Positions 1-9,999 of a stretch of 47,906 nucleotides of DNA are shown piece after piece. The notes beneath the pieces were generated by a model that saw only the letters and a list, made by a program, of their open reading frames with translations, made no database searches and was not told the DNA's origin. Where the stretch lies: positions 1 through 47,906 of the forward strand of contig CAXSEH010000001.1 in assembly GCA_964236345.1 (NCBI GenBank), written 5' to 3'. The translations under genes and the position numbers were made by a program. This DNA comes from an uncultured Bdellovibrionales bacterium. Its GTDB lineage: Bacteria; Bdellovibrionota; Bdellovibrionia; Bdellovibrionales; Bdellovibrionaceae. Every line of letters starts with the position of its first letter. The stretch's first letter is position 1.

Positions 1-1068
1 TTTATTCATCTCGGCCACCTGCCTGATGAGTTTTTCCTCATCTTCGCTGAGTTTCGTCGGGAATTCGACGTTCAGCGTGTAATACAGGTCTCCCCGACGC
101 GAACCCCGCAGTGAGGGAAGTCCCCGTCCTGCTACTTTAATGCGCTCTCCGGGTTCAATGCCCCGGGGGATTTCCACCTGGACGTCGCCGTCTAAGGCTT
201 CGGCCGTGATTTCACCGCCCAACAAAAACTGCAAATACGAAGCATCTAAATTAGCGAAAAGATGATCGCCTTCGCGCTCGAACACGTCGTGATCTTTCAC
301 CCGAATCTCGACGAAGAGATCTCCGTTCGGGCCGCCCTTGTATCCGCCTTCGCCTTCGTTCGTCACGCGCATGCGCGTTCCGTTGTCGACGCCCGGAGGA
401 AGCGTCACTTTGATTTTACGTTTAGTTTGTTTTCGGCCCTGACCGCGACAAGTGGGACACGGTTTTTCAACCGTCTCGCCCGTTCCGTGACAGCTGCTAC
501 AAGTACTGGCCATCGTGAAGAAGCCCTGCTGGCGCACCACTTGGCCCGACCCTTGACACACTTTACACGTCACGACCGTCGAGCCCTTCGCCGCCCCCGA
601 ACCATTGCAATCATCGCAATTTGTTTCGGTTTCAAACTCAACTTGCTGTTCTTTTCCCGTGATCACATCTTTTAATTCAAGCTCGGTTAAATAACGAAGG
701 TCGGCACCTTTACGCGGAGAATTTCGATTACGCGATTGTCTTTGCTGACCACCGCCACCAAAAATGTCGCCGAATATATCCCCAAATTGCGAAAAAATAT
801 CGCTGGCGTCATGAAACCCACTACCGCCGCCACGCCCGCCTTCGAAAGCGCGGTGGCCGTGTCGATCGTACAACGCTCTTTTTTCGGCATTGCTTAAAAC
901 TTCGTAGGCTTCGGCCGCTTCTTTAAACTTATCTTCAGCTTCTTGATTTCCAGGATTGCGATCGGGGTGAAATTCCATCGCCAGTTTGCGGTAAGATTTT
1001 TTAATCGTTTCGCCGTCAGAGGTCCGTTCGACCGATAGAATTTCGTAGTAATCGCGTTTGGTAGACAT
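1..1068 (-). CDS. dnaJ: Molecular chaperone DnaJ (3' end runs off the window)
   Basis: Manual minus-strand translation from ATG at 1068: MSTKRDYYEILSVERT...HPDRNP J-domain motif, G/F-rich linker, CxxCxGxG zinc repeats, C-terminal GDLYVEIRV. Missing from the ORF track because there is no stop in the window. Confidence 0.96.
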   Translation of the reverse strand, partial: MSTKRDYYEILSVERTSDGETIKKSYRKLAMEFHPDRNPGNQEAEDKFKEAAEAYEVLSNAEKRALYDRHGHRAFEGGRGGGSGFHDASDIFSQFGDIFGDIFGGGGQQRQSRNRNSPRKGADLRYLTELELKDVITGKEQQVEFETETNCDDCNGSGAAKGSTVVTCKVCQGSGQVVRQQGFFTMASTCSSCHGTGETVEKPCPTCRGQGRKQTKRKIKVTLPPGVDNGTRMRVTNEGEGGYKGGPNGDLFVEIRVKDHDVFEREGDHLFANLDASYLQFLLGGEITAEALDGDVQVEIPRGIEPGERIKVAGRGLPSLRGSRRGDLYYTLNVEFPTKLSEDEEKLIRQVAEMNK

Positions 1069-1124
1069 AGTGGGAACAATATGAGGTCTTTTAAAAAAAG
1101 GTCAAGCGGGGAAATTGGGGGAGT

Positions 1125-1756
1125 TTACTGAATCCCAAAGTCTGTATTCACGAAGTGCTTGTTTTGATTAATTGTCCACCCATCCAAGAAAACATTCCCG
1201 ATATTGGAATTCGGATCGCCTACTGCAGCGGCAGTGAACGACTGTGATCCTGCTGTAGCATCGCAAGCGGAAGCCGTCCAAGTAATTGTCACGGGCACGA
1301 ATGCAGCCGGAAGGATGGCGGTGCAGCGATTGGCGACTATAGTTACGTTTGGATTAGGTAATGTCCATGTGGCTTGGTTCACCGTGGGTAAATTAATATT
1401 TACGCCGCACGATGTAGTATCATCGATCGCGAATTGCTCCGGCGGGGCCCCATTTGTTGCCGTATAATTTGTGCAACCGATTCCGTATTGGAACCCGGTT
1501 ATATAATGAAGCGACGAACCTGTTACGCCAAAGCCAACATTATGTAAATCTACCGTAAATTGATTCCACTCACTTTGAAAACCCGTTTCCGACGTGTACA
1601 AAACAGAAAGAGAGCCTTTAGCTTCGCTTTGTCTAGTTTTGGCTTGGAATTTAGAATATTGCGGAATTCCAATCGCAGCAAGGATTCCTACGATTGTAAC
1701 GACGACCATAAGTTCGATTAGCGAAAAGCATTTTGACGGTTCAAGTTGATGCGCAT
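1125..1756 (-). pseudogene. Second type IV pilin (PilA paralog) with a 1-nt frameshift in the prepilin leader; the body 1125-1709 is an intact ORF
   Basis: Body reads FSLIELMVVVTIVGILAAIGIPQYSKFQAKTRQSEAK, nearly identical to the N-terminus of 2459-3169. ATG at 1756 gives MRINLNRQNAFR* out of frame; adding one base restores MRINLNRQN(G/A)FSLIELM. In the pilin frame there is no start codon between an upstream TAA and M at 1709. Confidence 0.7.
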
Positions 1757-1778
1757 CGTGAAATGGATATTAAATCTA

Positions 1779-2450
1779 TTATTTTGTTTTTTCAATTTCC
1801 GCCAATTTGGTTTTTAACCTTTTAACATATTTTTCATCGTCATTGAGCTCAATCATCTTTGCTAAAATTTGTTGAGAAAATTCTTTTTCTCCGCCTTCGG
1901 CCGCTAGGCGACCCGCTAGGATTCTGACCCAGGATGGCGCTCCATTGTTTGCTGCATTGAAGTAAAGCTTCGCAGCTTTCGCCTTATTCTTTTCTTCAAA
2001 TAAACTGTGATAGGCGGCGGCGTAAGAAAGTTTCCAATCATCGGGAAAGAGAGCGACGCCTTTATCAAAAATAACCGATGCGCCCTGGTAATCGGAAATA
2101 ATTACCGTTAATGCCAGCCCGCCCCAGATATAGGCGTGAAAAAACTGTTTATCTAGATTAGTTGTTAAGTCTAATATTTCAAAGAGCCAGGATTTACCTT
2201 TACACTCAGTGTCCGAAACCGGATTATCACAGAAATCAAAATCTTGAATCGCCCGCAGCCAAAATGAATCGGCCAATTGAACTTGTAATCCGATTGCTAA
2301 ATTTTGAATTATTTTTGGAGGAATAATATAATCCGAACGTTTTAGAAGATTCGGTTTTAAAAAAAGACCTTGCCCCAAAAACAAAAGGACCGATGCAAGC
2401 ATCAGTCCTTTTGGCAAAGCATTAAATAATGATAATTTCATGCTAGGCAA
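1779..2450 (-). CDS. Pilin-associated accessory protein, N-terminal membrane anchor, helical/TPR-like C-terminus
   Basis: 223 aa ORF directly downstream of pilA; ADSFWLRAIQ motif and TPR-like helices resemble PilG-type proteins next to deltaproteobacterial pilA. Confidence 0.65.
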   Translation of the reverse strand: MPSMKLSLFNALPKGLMLASVLLFLGQGLFLKPNLLKRSDYIIPPKIIQNLAIGLQVQLADSFWLRAIQDFDFCDNPVSDTECKGKSWLFEILDLTTNLDKQFFHAYIWGGLALTVIISDYQGASVIFDKGVALFPDDWKLSYAAAYHSLFEEKNKAKAAKLYFNAANNGAPSWVRILAGRLAAEGGEKEFSQQILAKMIELNDDEKYVKRLKTKLAEIEKTK

Positions 2451-2458
2451 TTCTCTTT

Positions 2459-3169
2459 TTACTGAATACCTGGCGTCGAGTTAGCAAGTTTCTTTTGCTG
2501 ATCGATAGTCCATCCATCAATAGCGGCCGCACCGACGTTAGCATTTGGATCACCAATGGCAGCAGCTCTGAAAGCTTGCAAGCCTAAAGTGGCAATACAT
2601 TGTGTCGTAGTATTTGCTGGAGCTGCAGGCCAAGCCGTATCACATTGATTGGTAGCATTCATCACATAACCCGTTGGTAAACTCCAGTTTACGGCCTGGG
2701 ATGGGTTCACTACGTTGACGTTTGCACCGCAAGAATAAGTACGGTTTGCGGCATTAACCAATGTCGTGGCCGCAATAGCAGCATCGTAAGTTACCTGAGT
2801 AGCAGGGGCAGCAGTATTATTACCGAACTCGCCCGGAGCTCCACCATCAATTCGATATCCCGTACAACCGGCACCGGCTGCTGCAATGAAACCTGTTACG
2901 TATCTTAATTTTGATCCCGATACCCCGAAACCAGCATTACGTAAATCAACTGTGTACTGATTCCATTCACCCATGAAACTTGTTTCATTAGAAAATAGTG
3001 TTGCTAAAGATCCCTTTGCTTCACTCTGACGAGTTTTTGCTTGGAACTTTGAGTATTGCGGAATTCCGATTGCCGCTAGAATACCGATGATCGCGACGAC
3101 CACCATCAATTCGATCAGCGAGAAACCGCTGGTGTTTAATTTAACCGTTCTCTTTAAAGTCATTGTCAT
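2459..3169 (-). CDS. pilA: Type IVa major pilin
   Basis: Class III signal G|FSLIELMVVVAIIGILAAIGIP with E5; RBS AAGAGG; Cys-containing variable C-terminal domain. Confidence 0.9.
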   Translation of the reverse strand: MTMTLKRTVKLNTSGFSLIELMVVVAIIGILAAIGIPQYSKFQAKTRQSEAKGSLATLFSNETSFMGEWNQYTVDLRNAGFGVSGSKLRYVTGFIAAAGAGCTGYRIDGGAPGEFGNNTAAPATQVTYDAAIAATTLVNAANRTYSCGANVNVVNPSQAVNWSLPTGYVMNATNQCDTAWPAAPANTTTQCIATLGLQAFRAAAIGDPNANVGAAAIDGWTIDQQKKLANSTPGIQ

Positions 3170-3298
3170 ACCTCTTTGTGTTTTTATACGTGCGTTAAGC
3201 TCAGTATTTGATTTACAATAATGCTAACAGGTTTTTTTTGGTCCGCAACACTAAACTTTGTAGTTAATTCATTTTGGGATTTAGTCTAAGATCGAGAC

Positions 3299-3613
3299 AT
3301 GAGTACAAATCCTAATCGCGACCTAGACCATGATACAGAATTGCTGGATGAGACAGAAGAACCAAAACTGTACAAGGTGTTATTACACAATGACGATTAC
3401 AGTCCGATGGATTTTGTGATCTTAGTATTAAAGAAATTTTTTGGAAAATCAGAGACGGATGCTTACCAAATTATGCTGGACGTGCACCATAAGGGCGTCG
3501 GGATCGCGGGGATATATTCTTTTGAAGTGGCGGAAACGAAAGTGATGCACGTCAATCAGTTTGCTAAAGCGAGTGAATACCCGTTAAAATGTAGTTGTGA
3601 AGAGGCGACATAA
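3299..3613 (+). CDS. clpS: ATP-dependent Clp protease adaptor ClpS
   Basis: YKVLLHNDDYSPMDFV motif; TAATG overlap with clpA. Confidence 0.96.
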   Translation: MSTNPNRDLDHDTELLDETEEPKLYKVLLHNDDYSPMDFVILVLKKFFGKSETDAYQIMLDVHHKGVGIAGIYSFEVAETKVMHVNQFAKASEYPLKCSCEEAT

Positions 3614-5898
3614 TGTTATCGAAAGAGTTAGACAAAAGACTAGGTAAGGCCATCGATTTGGCGGCGAAAAAAAATCACGAGTACGTGACGCTCGAACATT
3701 TATTGTTTTGCTTAAGCGAGGCCCCGCTGGTCGTCGAAATTTTGGAAAAGCTGGGAACCTCGACGACGAATGTTAAAAAAGAGTTAAAAAATTATATCGA
3801 TCAGAACCCTGTCATGACGGAAGCGATGAAGGAAGACGTGTCTCCCGACGAAGAGTGGAAGCCGGATCTAACCGCTTCGGTGCACCGGGTGTTTGAACGC
3901 GCGGCTTTGCAATTACACGCCGCCGGAAAAAACGAAATTCATGAAGGCCACGTGCTGATTTCTTTATTTGATGAACGCAAATCCTTCGCGGCGCACGCGC
4001 TAGAAAAATTAGGAGTGCGCCAATTCGACGTGATTTCGATCGTCAGTCATGATTTAAACATGGGCTCGGTGGATGGTCTTGACCAGAATAAATCAAGCGG
4101 TCAGACCGAACCTGAATCCGCAGGCAAAAAATCTTCGCTGGAAGATTTTTGCATGAATTTGAACGAATTTGTTTTATCAGGCAAGAAGGATCCCTTGGTA
4201 GGCCGGGATGATTTGATCGACAAGATGATTCATACATTGGGCCGGCGAACAAAAAATAATCCGTTGCTGATCGGTGACTCGGGCGTGGGAAAAACGGCGA
4301 TCGCCGAAGGCTTAGCCGAAAAAATCGTGAATCAGCAAGTTCCGCAATTTTTAAAAGATAAAGTCATTTATTCTTTGGACCTAGGTTCGTTGCTCGCCGG
4401 CGCTAAATACCGCGGCGATTTTGAAGGACGCTTAAAGGGAATTTTAAAGGAAGTAAAAGAGCGCCAGAACGTCATCTTATTTATTGACGAAATTCACACG
4501 ATCGTTGGCGCGGGCTCAACCTCGGGTGGCTCGATGGACGCTTCGAATTTGCTGAAACCTTCGTTAACGAAGGGTGACTTAACTTGCATTGGCGCGACAA
4601 CTTTCACCGAGTACCGACAGCACTTCGAAAAAGATAAGGCTTTGACTCGTCGGTTTCAGCGTTTGGATGTGACCGAGCCAACTGCCGCCGATACTTTAAA
4701 AATTTTAATCGGAATCAAAAAGAAATTTGAAGAGCATCATCATTTAACCTACTCGGATGACAGCTTGCAGGCGTGTATTGACCTGTCACAGAAATACATG
4801 ACGAATTCTAAACTTCCAGACAAAGCCATTGATCTTTTGGACGAAGTCGGAAGCTTAGTTAAATTAGAAGCCGAAAAAAATAATGTGACCGAGCCCCCGG
4901 TCGTGCAAAAGAAAGACGTGTTAGCCGTTGTGAGTCGTCTTTCGGGCGTACCGACGATCGATATGAATCAAGATGACTTAAAGGGCCTTAAAGATTTAGA
5001 CATGAAATTAAAAGCCGTCGTCTTCGGTCAAGATGAGGCCATTCATTCCGTCGTTCGCGCCATTAAATTTGCGCGCAGCGGTCTGGACCAGAAAGACAAG
5101 CCATGGGGATCATTTCTATTTGCGGGGCCAACGGGCGTCGGAAAAACCGAAGTTTGTAAACAGCTGGCCCGGTTATTGGGAATTCATTTTCAGCGCTTTG
5201 ATATGAGCGAATATATGGAAAAACACGCGGTTTCAAGATTGGTCGGCGCGCCGCCGGGATATGTGGGCTACGAACAAGGCGGCCAACTGACCGAAGTGAT
5301 TAATAAGAACCCTTACTCGCTGATTCTTTTAGATGAAATTGAAAAGGCCCACAGCGATATCTATAATATTTTGTTGCAGGTCACCGACGGCGGCCGATTG
5401 ACCGATGGAAATGGGCGAACCGTTGATTTTAAAAATTGCCTCATCATCATGACCACGAATGCCGGCGCGCAAGATGTGGCAAAAGGCACAATCGGATTCT
5501 CGAATACCGATCGAAGCGGAGTCAGTCAGGAAGCGATTAAACGCACCTTTTCCCCTGAGTTTTTGAACCGCCTTGACCAAGTCGTCTATTTTAATACGCT
5601 AACTTTTGATTTAATTTTAAAAGTTGTTGAAAAGTTTTTATCCGAACTTAAAATGAACTTAGCCCAAAAAAATGTTGAGCTGATTTATGACGACGCGGTT
5701 CTTAAGTATTTGGCCGAAAAAGGTTTTGATCCGGTTTACGGGGCCCGTCCGATCTCTCGTAAAATCGATCAGTTAATCAAAAGCCAATTGGTTGATGAAC
5801 TTTTATTCGGAAAGCTCAAAACGGGCGGCAAAGTAAAGTTAACGATATTAAACGATAAAATCGAATTTGATTTTAAATCAGAGACAAAGAAAACATGA
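3613..5898 (+). CDS. clpA: ATP-dependent Clp protease ATP-binding subunit ClpA
   Basis: Clp N-domain, two Walker A motifs ([16 protein letters not shown]), no ClpB middle domain, IGF loop, follows clpS. Confidence 0.95.
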   Translation: MLSKELDKRLGKAIDLAAKKNHEYVTLEHLLFCLSEAPLVVEILEKLGTSTTNVKKELKNYIDQNPVMTEAMKEDVSPDEEWKPDLTASVHRVFERAALQLHAAGKNEIHEGHVLISLFDERKSFAAHALEKLGVRQFDVISIVSHDLNMGSVDGLDQNKSSGQTEPESAGKKSSLEDFCMNLNEFVLSGKKDPLVGRDDLIDKMIHTLGRRTKNNPLLIGDSGVGKTAIAEGLAEKIVNQQVPQFLKDKVIYSLDLGSLLAGAKYRGDFEGRLKGILKEVKERQNVILFIDEIHTIVGAGSTSGGSMDASNLLKPSLTKGDLTCIGATTFTEYRQHFEKDKALTRRFQRLDVTEPTAADTLKILIGIKKKFEEHHHLTYSDDSLQACIDLSQKYMTNSKLPDKAIDLLDEVGSLVKLEAEKNNVTEPPVVQKKDVLAVVSRLSGVPTIDMNQDDLKGLKDLDMKLKAVVFGQDEAIHSVVRAIKFARSGLDQKDKPWGSFLFAGPTGVGKTEVCKQLARLLGIHFQRFDMSEYMEKHAVSRLVGAPPGYVGYEQGGQLTEVINKNPYSLILLDEIEKAHSDIYNILLQVTDGGRLTDGNGRTVDFKNCLIIMTTNAGAQDVAKGTIGFSNTDRSGVSQEAIKRTFSPEFLNRLDQVVYFNTLTFDLILKVVEKFLSELKMNLAQKNVELIYDDAVLKYLAEKGFDPVYGARPISRKIDQLIKSQLVDELLFGKLKTGGKVKLTILNDKIEFDFKSETKKT

Positions 5899-7733
5899 TG
5901 AAAATAATTCGCCGGAGTGCTTGGGTCTGTTTTTACGTTTTAATGAGCGCCTGTCAGTCAAGCTCGGTGGCGCCTACGGTTCCTGTCGTTATCGCGAATC
6001 CCGAAGTCCTGTCACCGCCTGCCGAAGTTTCAAGGTTGACGGAAATGTCATGCGAAAAATTAATCGAAAAGTCGCAAGACACTAGTTTTTCGCTGAAGGG
6101 GTTAGCGGGTCTTCGCGCGCACCGAAACTGCAAAAATTTTCGTTATGACTTTCAAAACTTAAGCGATTTAGAACGAAAACTTTACGTTGAAGAAATTGAA
6201 GAGTTAGACCCTAAAAAATTGCCGACCACCGGTAGCCTAACACTAGCTGAACTTAAAAAGAAATTACAGGCCGCCGAAAAGCCTGATGAAAAATTTAAGG
6301 CGTATAAGCTTTTACGGGCCCGGCAAAAAAATAATGGTTTACGCAACGATTTTTTAAGAACCACGGCCGAACTTTTCAATTGGTCAAAAGCCGAATGGAA
6401 AAAGGATCAAAAGAACGAAGACAACATCGCAAGATTTTACGAAGCCACATTGTTGTTGGCACGAACTTACTGGACGGAAGGGCGAATTCCGCAGGCCGAT
6501 AGCACGCTTTCCGATACATTAAGGCAACTTAAGGGTCTAACTTCAGTGGCCGAGATTTATTACATCAAAGGGCGGATGGATGACGAACTTTCACGTTCGG
6601 AAGATGCGGTGTCGAATTACGATCTAGCTTTAGAAGACGTAAAACAAAATGCTCCAAAAAATGTTTCGTTTACGAATGATCGTATCATGTGGTTAAAGTC
6701 GTGGATTTTGTATAAAAACCGCCAGTGGGAAGCCGCCGAAAAATCTTTTTCAGAATTGGCATTAAGTACGGCTGATAACAGCGAACGTTCGAAGGCCCTA
6801 TTTTTTCAGGGCCGTTGTCTAAACCAGCTCGATAAAAAAATTGAAGCGAAATTGGTATTTGAAAAAATAATCAAAGACGACTTTTTTAGCTTTTATGGTT
6901 TGGTGACGTACAATGAATTGGGGTTAAAACTACCGGCCCTTTCGCAATTAGCGTACGAAAAAAAATTCCCGTTCGATCCGGATCTTAAGTTTTTAGAAGA
7001 AAACGAGCGAAAAATTTTTACAGACTTGGTTCGTTATAAAGAAATAAATATCGCCGAACGTGCCGTACCCATTTTATCAAAGTCACTTGATAAACAGGTT
7101 AACTTGTCGATTTATTTAGCCGATTACGGAAAGCGCTTCCTTCCGTTGTTCGCAAGTTTTGCAAAGCTTGATAACAATGATCGCGTTGAAGTTTTCGCAA
7201 AGTTCAGCGACCTTTTGTTCCCGCAACCTTACATCGATAATGTGAAGAAAATGTCAGAGAAAACTTCGATCCCGTCTTCGCTTATTTATTCAATCATGAA
7301 GCAAGAATCGGCCTTTAACGAAAAAACCCGAAGCTCGGCCGACGCCATTGGTTTGATGCAAATGATTCCTCGGTTAGCGAAGCAAATTTCTAAAAAATTT
7401 GCGGTGGATTACAAAAAACCCGATGACCTTTATAATCCTAACATCAATATCCAACTGGGTTCGCTTGAGCTGATGGAGCAAGTTCGCCGGCAATCGGGTC
7501 AGCTGACCTACGTGGCCGCGGCCTACAACGCTGGTCCCAATGCCCTGGCCGGTTGGCTAAGAACTCGCAAGCGGGCCGATATCGTCGAATTTATCGAAGA
7601 AATTCCTTATGATGAAACTCGGACTTACGTCAAGATTATCGCCCGTAACAAGTTATTTTACGAAAGAATCTCGAAACGAGACGAAGAACACGCTTTCCCG
7701 ACCGAGTTTTTGACAATGCCCACTACCGAATAG
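5895..7733 (+). CDS. Soluble lytic transglycosylase (Slt family), TPR-like N-terminus, probable lipoprotein
   Basis: IMKQESAF catalytic Glu, AIGLMQ, AAYNAG and IPYDETRTYV motifs; lipobox-like MSAC. Confidence 0.9.
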   Translation: MMKIIRRSAWVCFYVLMSACQSSSVAPTVPVVIANPEVLSPPAEVSRLTEMSCEKLIEKSQDTSFSLKGLAGLRAHRNCKNFRYDFQNLSDLERKLYVEEIEELDPKKLPTTGSLTLAELKKKLQAAEKPDEKFKAYKLLRARQKNNGLRNDFLRTTAELFNWSKAEWKKDQKNEDNIARFYEATLLLARTYWTEGRIPQADSTLSDTLRQLKGLTSVAEIYYIKGRMDDELSRSEDAVSNYDLALEDVKQNAPKNVSFTNDRIMWLKSWILYKNRQWEAAEKSFSELALSTADNSERSKALFFQGRCLNQLDKKIEAKLVFEKIIKDDFFSFYGLVTYNELGLKLPALSQLAYEKKFPFDPDLKFLEENERKIFTDLVRYKEINIAERAVPILSKSLDKQVNLSIYLADYGKRFLPLFASFAKLDNNDRVEVFAKFSDLLFPQPYIDNVKKMSEKTSIPSSLIYSIMKQESAFNEKTRSSADAIGLMQMIPRLAKQISKKFAVDYKKPDDLYNPNINIQLGSLELMEQVRRQSGQLTYVAAAYNAGPNALAGWLRTRKRADIVEFIEEIPYDETRTYVKIIARNKLFYERISKRDEEHAFPTEFLTMPTTE

Positions 7734-7755
7734 TCTGGTATTTTACAGCGCGCTT

Positions 7756-7782
7756 TCAGAACTTCTTTTGAGTCGCCGAAAA
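7756..7782 (+). promoter_or_regulatory. FliA (sigma28)-type promoter of the S8 protease
   Basis: TCAG-N15-GCCGAAAA, 7 nt before the ATG at 7790. Confidence 0.7.
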
Positions 7783-7789
7783 GATGTTC

Positions 7790-9193
7790 ATGAAGAAAAA
7801 CATCACATACTCGGTCTTAGTTACGTTTCTGCTTTTTTGCGTGGTCGTCATGGGAAACTACTTCTACAACGCCGACGGTACAAGTCGAGAAACGCAATCT
7901 TCAAACAAAAAAAAATTACTTGAAAATCGTGATCTTGAATTAAGTCAGGCTAAAGATTTAACCGACAAAGTAACTGATGAGCCATCGGCGTTATTCAACG
8001 ACCCGGCGATCAAACAAGCATGGGGTCTTAAAAAATCAGATGCGGCCCGGGCCTGGTCGGTTACGCAAGGTAGTTCGAATACCGTCGTCGCGGTGATCGA
8101 CACGGGGATTGATGAATATCATGAAGATTTGAAATCCAATTTGTGGACGAATCCTGGGGAGACCGGTACCGACGAAAAAGGCCGCGATAAGGCGTCTAAC
8201 GGTGTGGACGACGACGGAAACGGTTTCGTTGATGACGTTCATGGTTGGAACTTTGTATCCAACAATAACCGTCTTGATGACAATCATGGACACGGAACTC
8301 ACATCGCGGGAATTATCGGTGCCGAAGCCGGAAATAAAAAAGGCATCAGCGGTATTTCTCCAAAAGTTAGTTTGATGGTATTAAAATACTTTGACCCAAA
8401 AGTTCCAAGCACCGACAATCTGAAAAACACCATTGCGGCCATCAACTACGCGGTGAAAATGGGCGCGCACATTATCAATTATTCGGGTGGTGGAACTGAT
8501 TACTCGCAAGACGAACACGATGCGGTCGCGTCGGCCGACAAAAAAGGGATCCTGTTTGTTGCGGCGGCCGGAAACGAAAGATCTAATTCTGACCAGCACC
8601 ACTACTACCCGGCCGATTACAATTTAAAAAATATTATTTCGGTGACGGCAATCGATCCAACGACGGAAGTTTTATCGTCATCAAATTACGGAGTGACGAC
8701 GGTTGATATCGCGGCGCCCGGACAAAATATTCTTTCATGTTTACCGCACAATTCGTACGGCTTAATGACGGGTACTTCACAAGCAACGGCCTTCGTTTCC
8801 GGCGCCGCGGCCTTGATTATGTCGCATAAAAACCAGTACTATAATGCTGCAGACATTAAAAAATACATTCTTGCTACGGGCGACACCGCTACTTCATTGA
8901 TGACTAAAACGCGAACTTCCCGCCAATTAAATCTTTATAAATCATTGACGATATTGGATTCTGATACTGGGTTTTCAGGAATCGTTTCGGCCGGGGTCAA
9001 CAAAGTGTTTTCAACCGAAGATACGGCCGGCAAAAATCCTTATAAAGATGATCCAAATATGCAAAAAGTTAGAGAAGTTGGAAACTTTGCGCGCCAGTTG
9101 AAATCAAGTTTGATTCCAGAAACCATCGTACCTAAAAAGAAGAATACGATTCGTGTGGCGATACCCGAAGAAGACCCAAAACAAGAACAATAA
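7790..9193 (+). CDS. Subtilisin-family (S8) serine protease, secreted or membrane-anchored
   Basis: Triad motifs VAVIDTG, HGHGTH, GTSQA; oxyanion AAGN; hydrophobic N-terminus. Alternative start at 7784. Confidence 0.92.
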   Translation: MKKNITYSVLVTFLLFCVVVMGNYFYNADGTSRETQSSNKKKLLENRDLELSQAKDLTDKVTDEPSALFNDPAIKQAWGLKKSDAARAWSVTQGSSNTVVAVIDTGIDEYHEDLKSNLWTNPGETGTDEKGRDKASNGVDDDGNGFVDDVHGWNFVSNNNRLDDNHGHGTHIAGIIGAEAGNKKGISGISPKVSLMVLKYFDPKVPSTDNLKNTIAAINYAVKMGAHIINYSGGGTDYSQDEHDAVASADKKGILFVAAAGNERSNSDQHHYYPADYNLKNIISVTAIDPTTEVLSSSNYGVTTVDIAAPGQNILSCLPHNSYGLMTGTSQATAFVSGAAALIMSHKNQYYNAADIKKYILATGDTATSLMTKTRTSRQLNLYKSLTILDSDTGFSGIVSAGVNKVFSTEDTAGKNPYKDDPNMQKVREVGNFARQLKSSLIPETIVPKKKNTIRVAIPEEDPKQEQ

Positions 9194-9200
9194 TTTTATA

Positions 9201-9956
9201 TTAATCTAAATTGATATGTCGGTGATCGGCCGACAAAAAAACCAAACCAAAAGATAGAATGGTAATGGCCACGACCAACCCCGTTAAGTTCGGAAACGTG
9301 GGCCGAATTTTATTAAAGATCAAACTTAACACCCCGATTAAACCAATCGCTAAGAACAATGTCTGCGCGCGCGAAAGCTTAGGCTTCTTGTCCGCAAAGC
9401 TTAAGGCCTCTTGCGTTTTGAATTGTTCTTCCAAACGCAGTTCAACTTGTTTCATGTAGTGATCGCAAGTTAGATCAAAACCGACGGTGTTTTTCAGTTC
9501 GTGATATTTTTTAAAAGCGAAATTTAATGCCATCTTTTGGTGGCAGGCCGCGATAAATTTTTGGTGAGATACGTCACTTGTAAAGTCCGCCAAGATTTTT
9601 TGCCAAAGTTGGTTGAGCTCAAATAAGTAGGGACTTTCAACCTTTTGCAACTCTTCAAATTTGCTAACCAACACACCACACGACGGGCATTCGTCCGATT
9701 TTAAGGGTTTTAAGTTAGAGCATTTTGGACATTCGGCGAATTGCGCCTGGTTCTGCGTGCTGGTCACGTACAGACCCGTTTCGTTGACTTCGTGGGTGAG
9801 CGAGAAGGGGTTATAGCAGGCCGAGCAATCAAAATGTGGATTGGCTAAAGGAGAACCTTCAAACACATCGTTTTGCGTGCAGTAAAGTTTCTGGCAATGT
9901 GGACAGCGGAAGCGCACTTCTTGCGCAATCACCGTTTCTTTAAAATCAAAATTCAT
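9201..9956 (-). CDS. Zinc-ribbon protein with two C-terminal TM helices
   Basis: Four CxxC motifs (CPHC, CSAC, CPKC, CPSC) and hydrophobic C-terminus. Confidence 0.7.
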   Translation of the reverse strand: MNFDFKETVIAQEVRFRCPHCQKLYCTQNDVFEGSPLANPHFDCSACYNPFSLTHEVNETGLYVTSTQNQAQFAECPKCSNLKPLKSDECPSCGVLVSKFEELQKVESPYLFELNQLWQKILADFTSDVSHQKFIAACHQKMALNFAFKKYHELKNTVGFDLTCDHYMKQVELRLEEQFKTQEALSFADKKPKLSRAQTLFLAIGLIGVLSLIFNKIRPTFPNLTGLVVAITILSFGLVFLSADHRHINLD

Positions 9957-9999
9957 CTGCGTCTTCCCCCGAATAACAGATTGTGATACGAATTATAGG

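Noticed and set aside
262-1079. Track ORFs 262-675, 687-890 and 894-1079
   Set aside because: Antisense or off-frame shadows of dnaJ (1-1068, minus strand).
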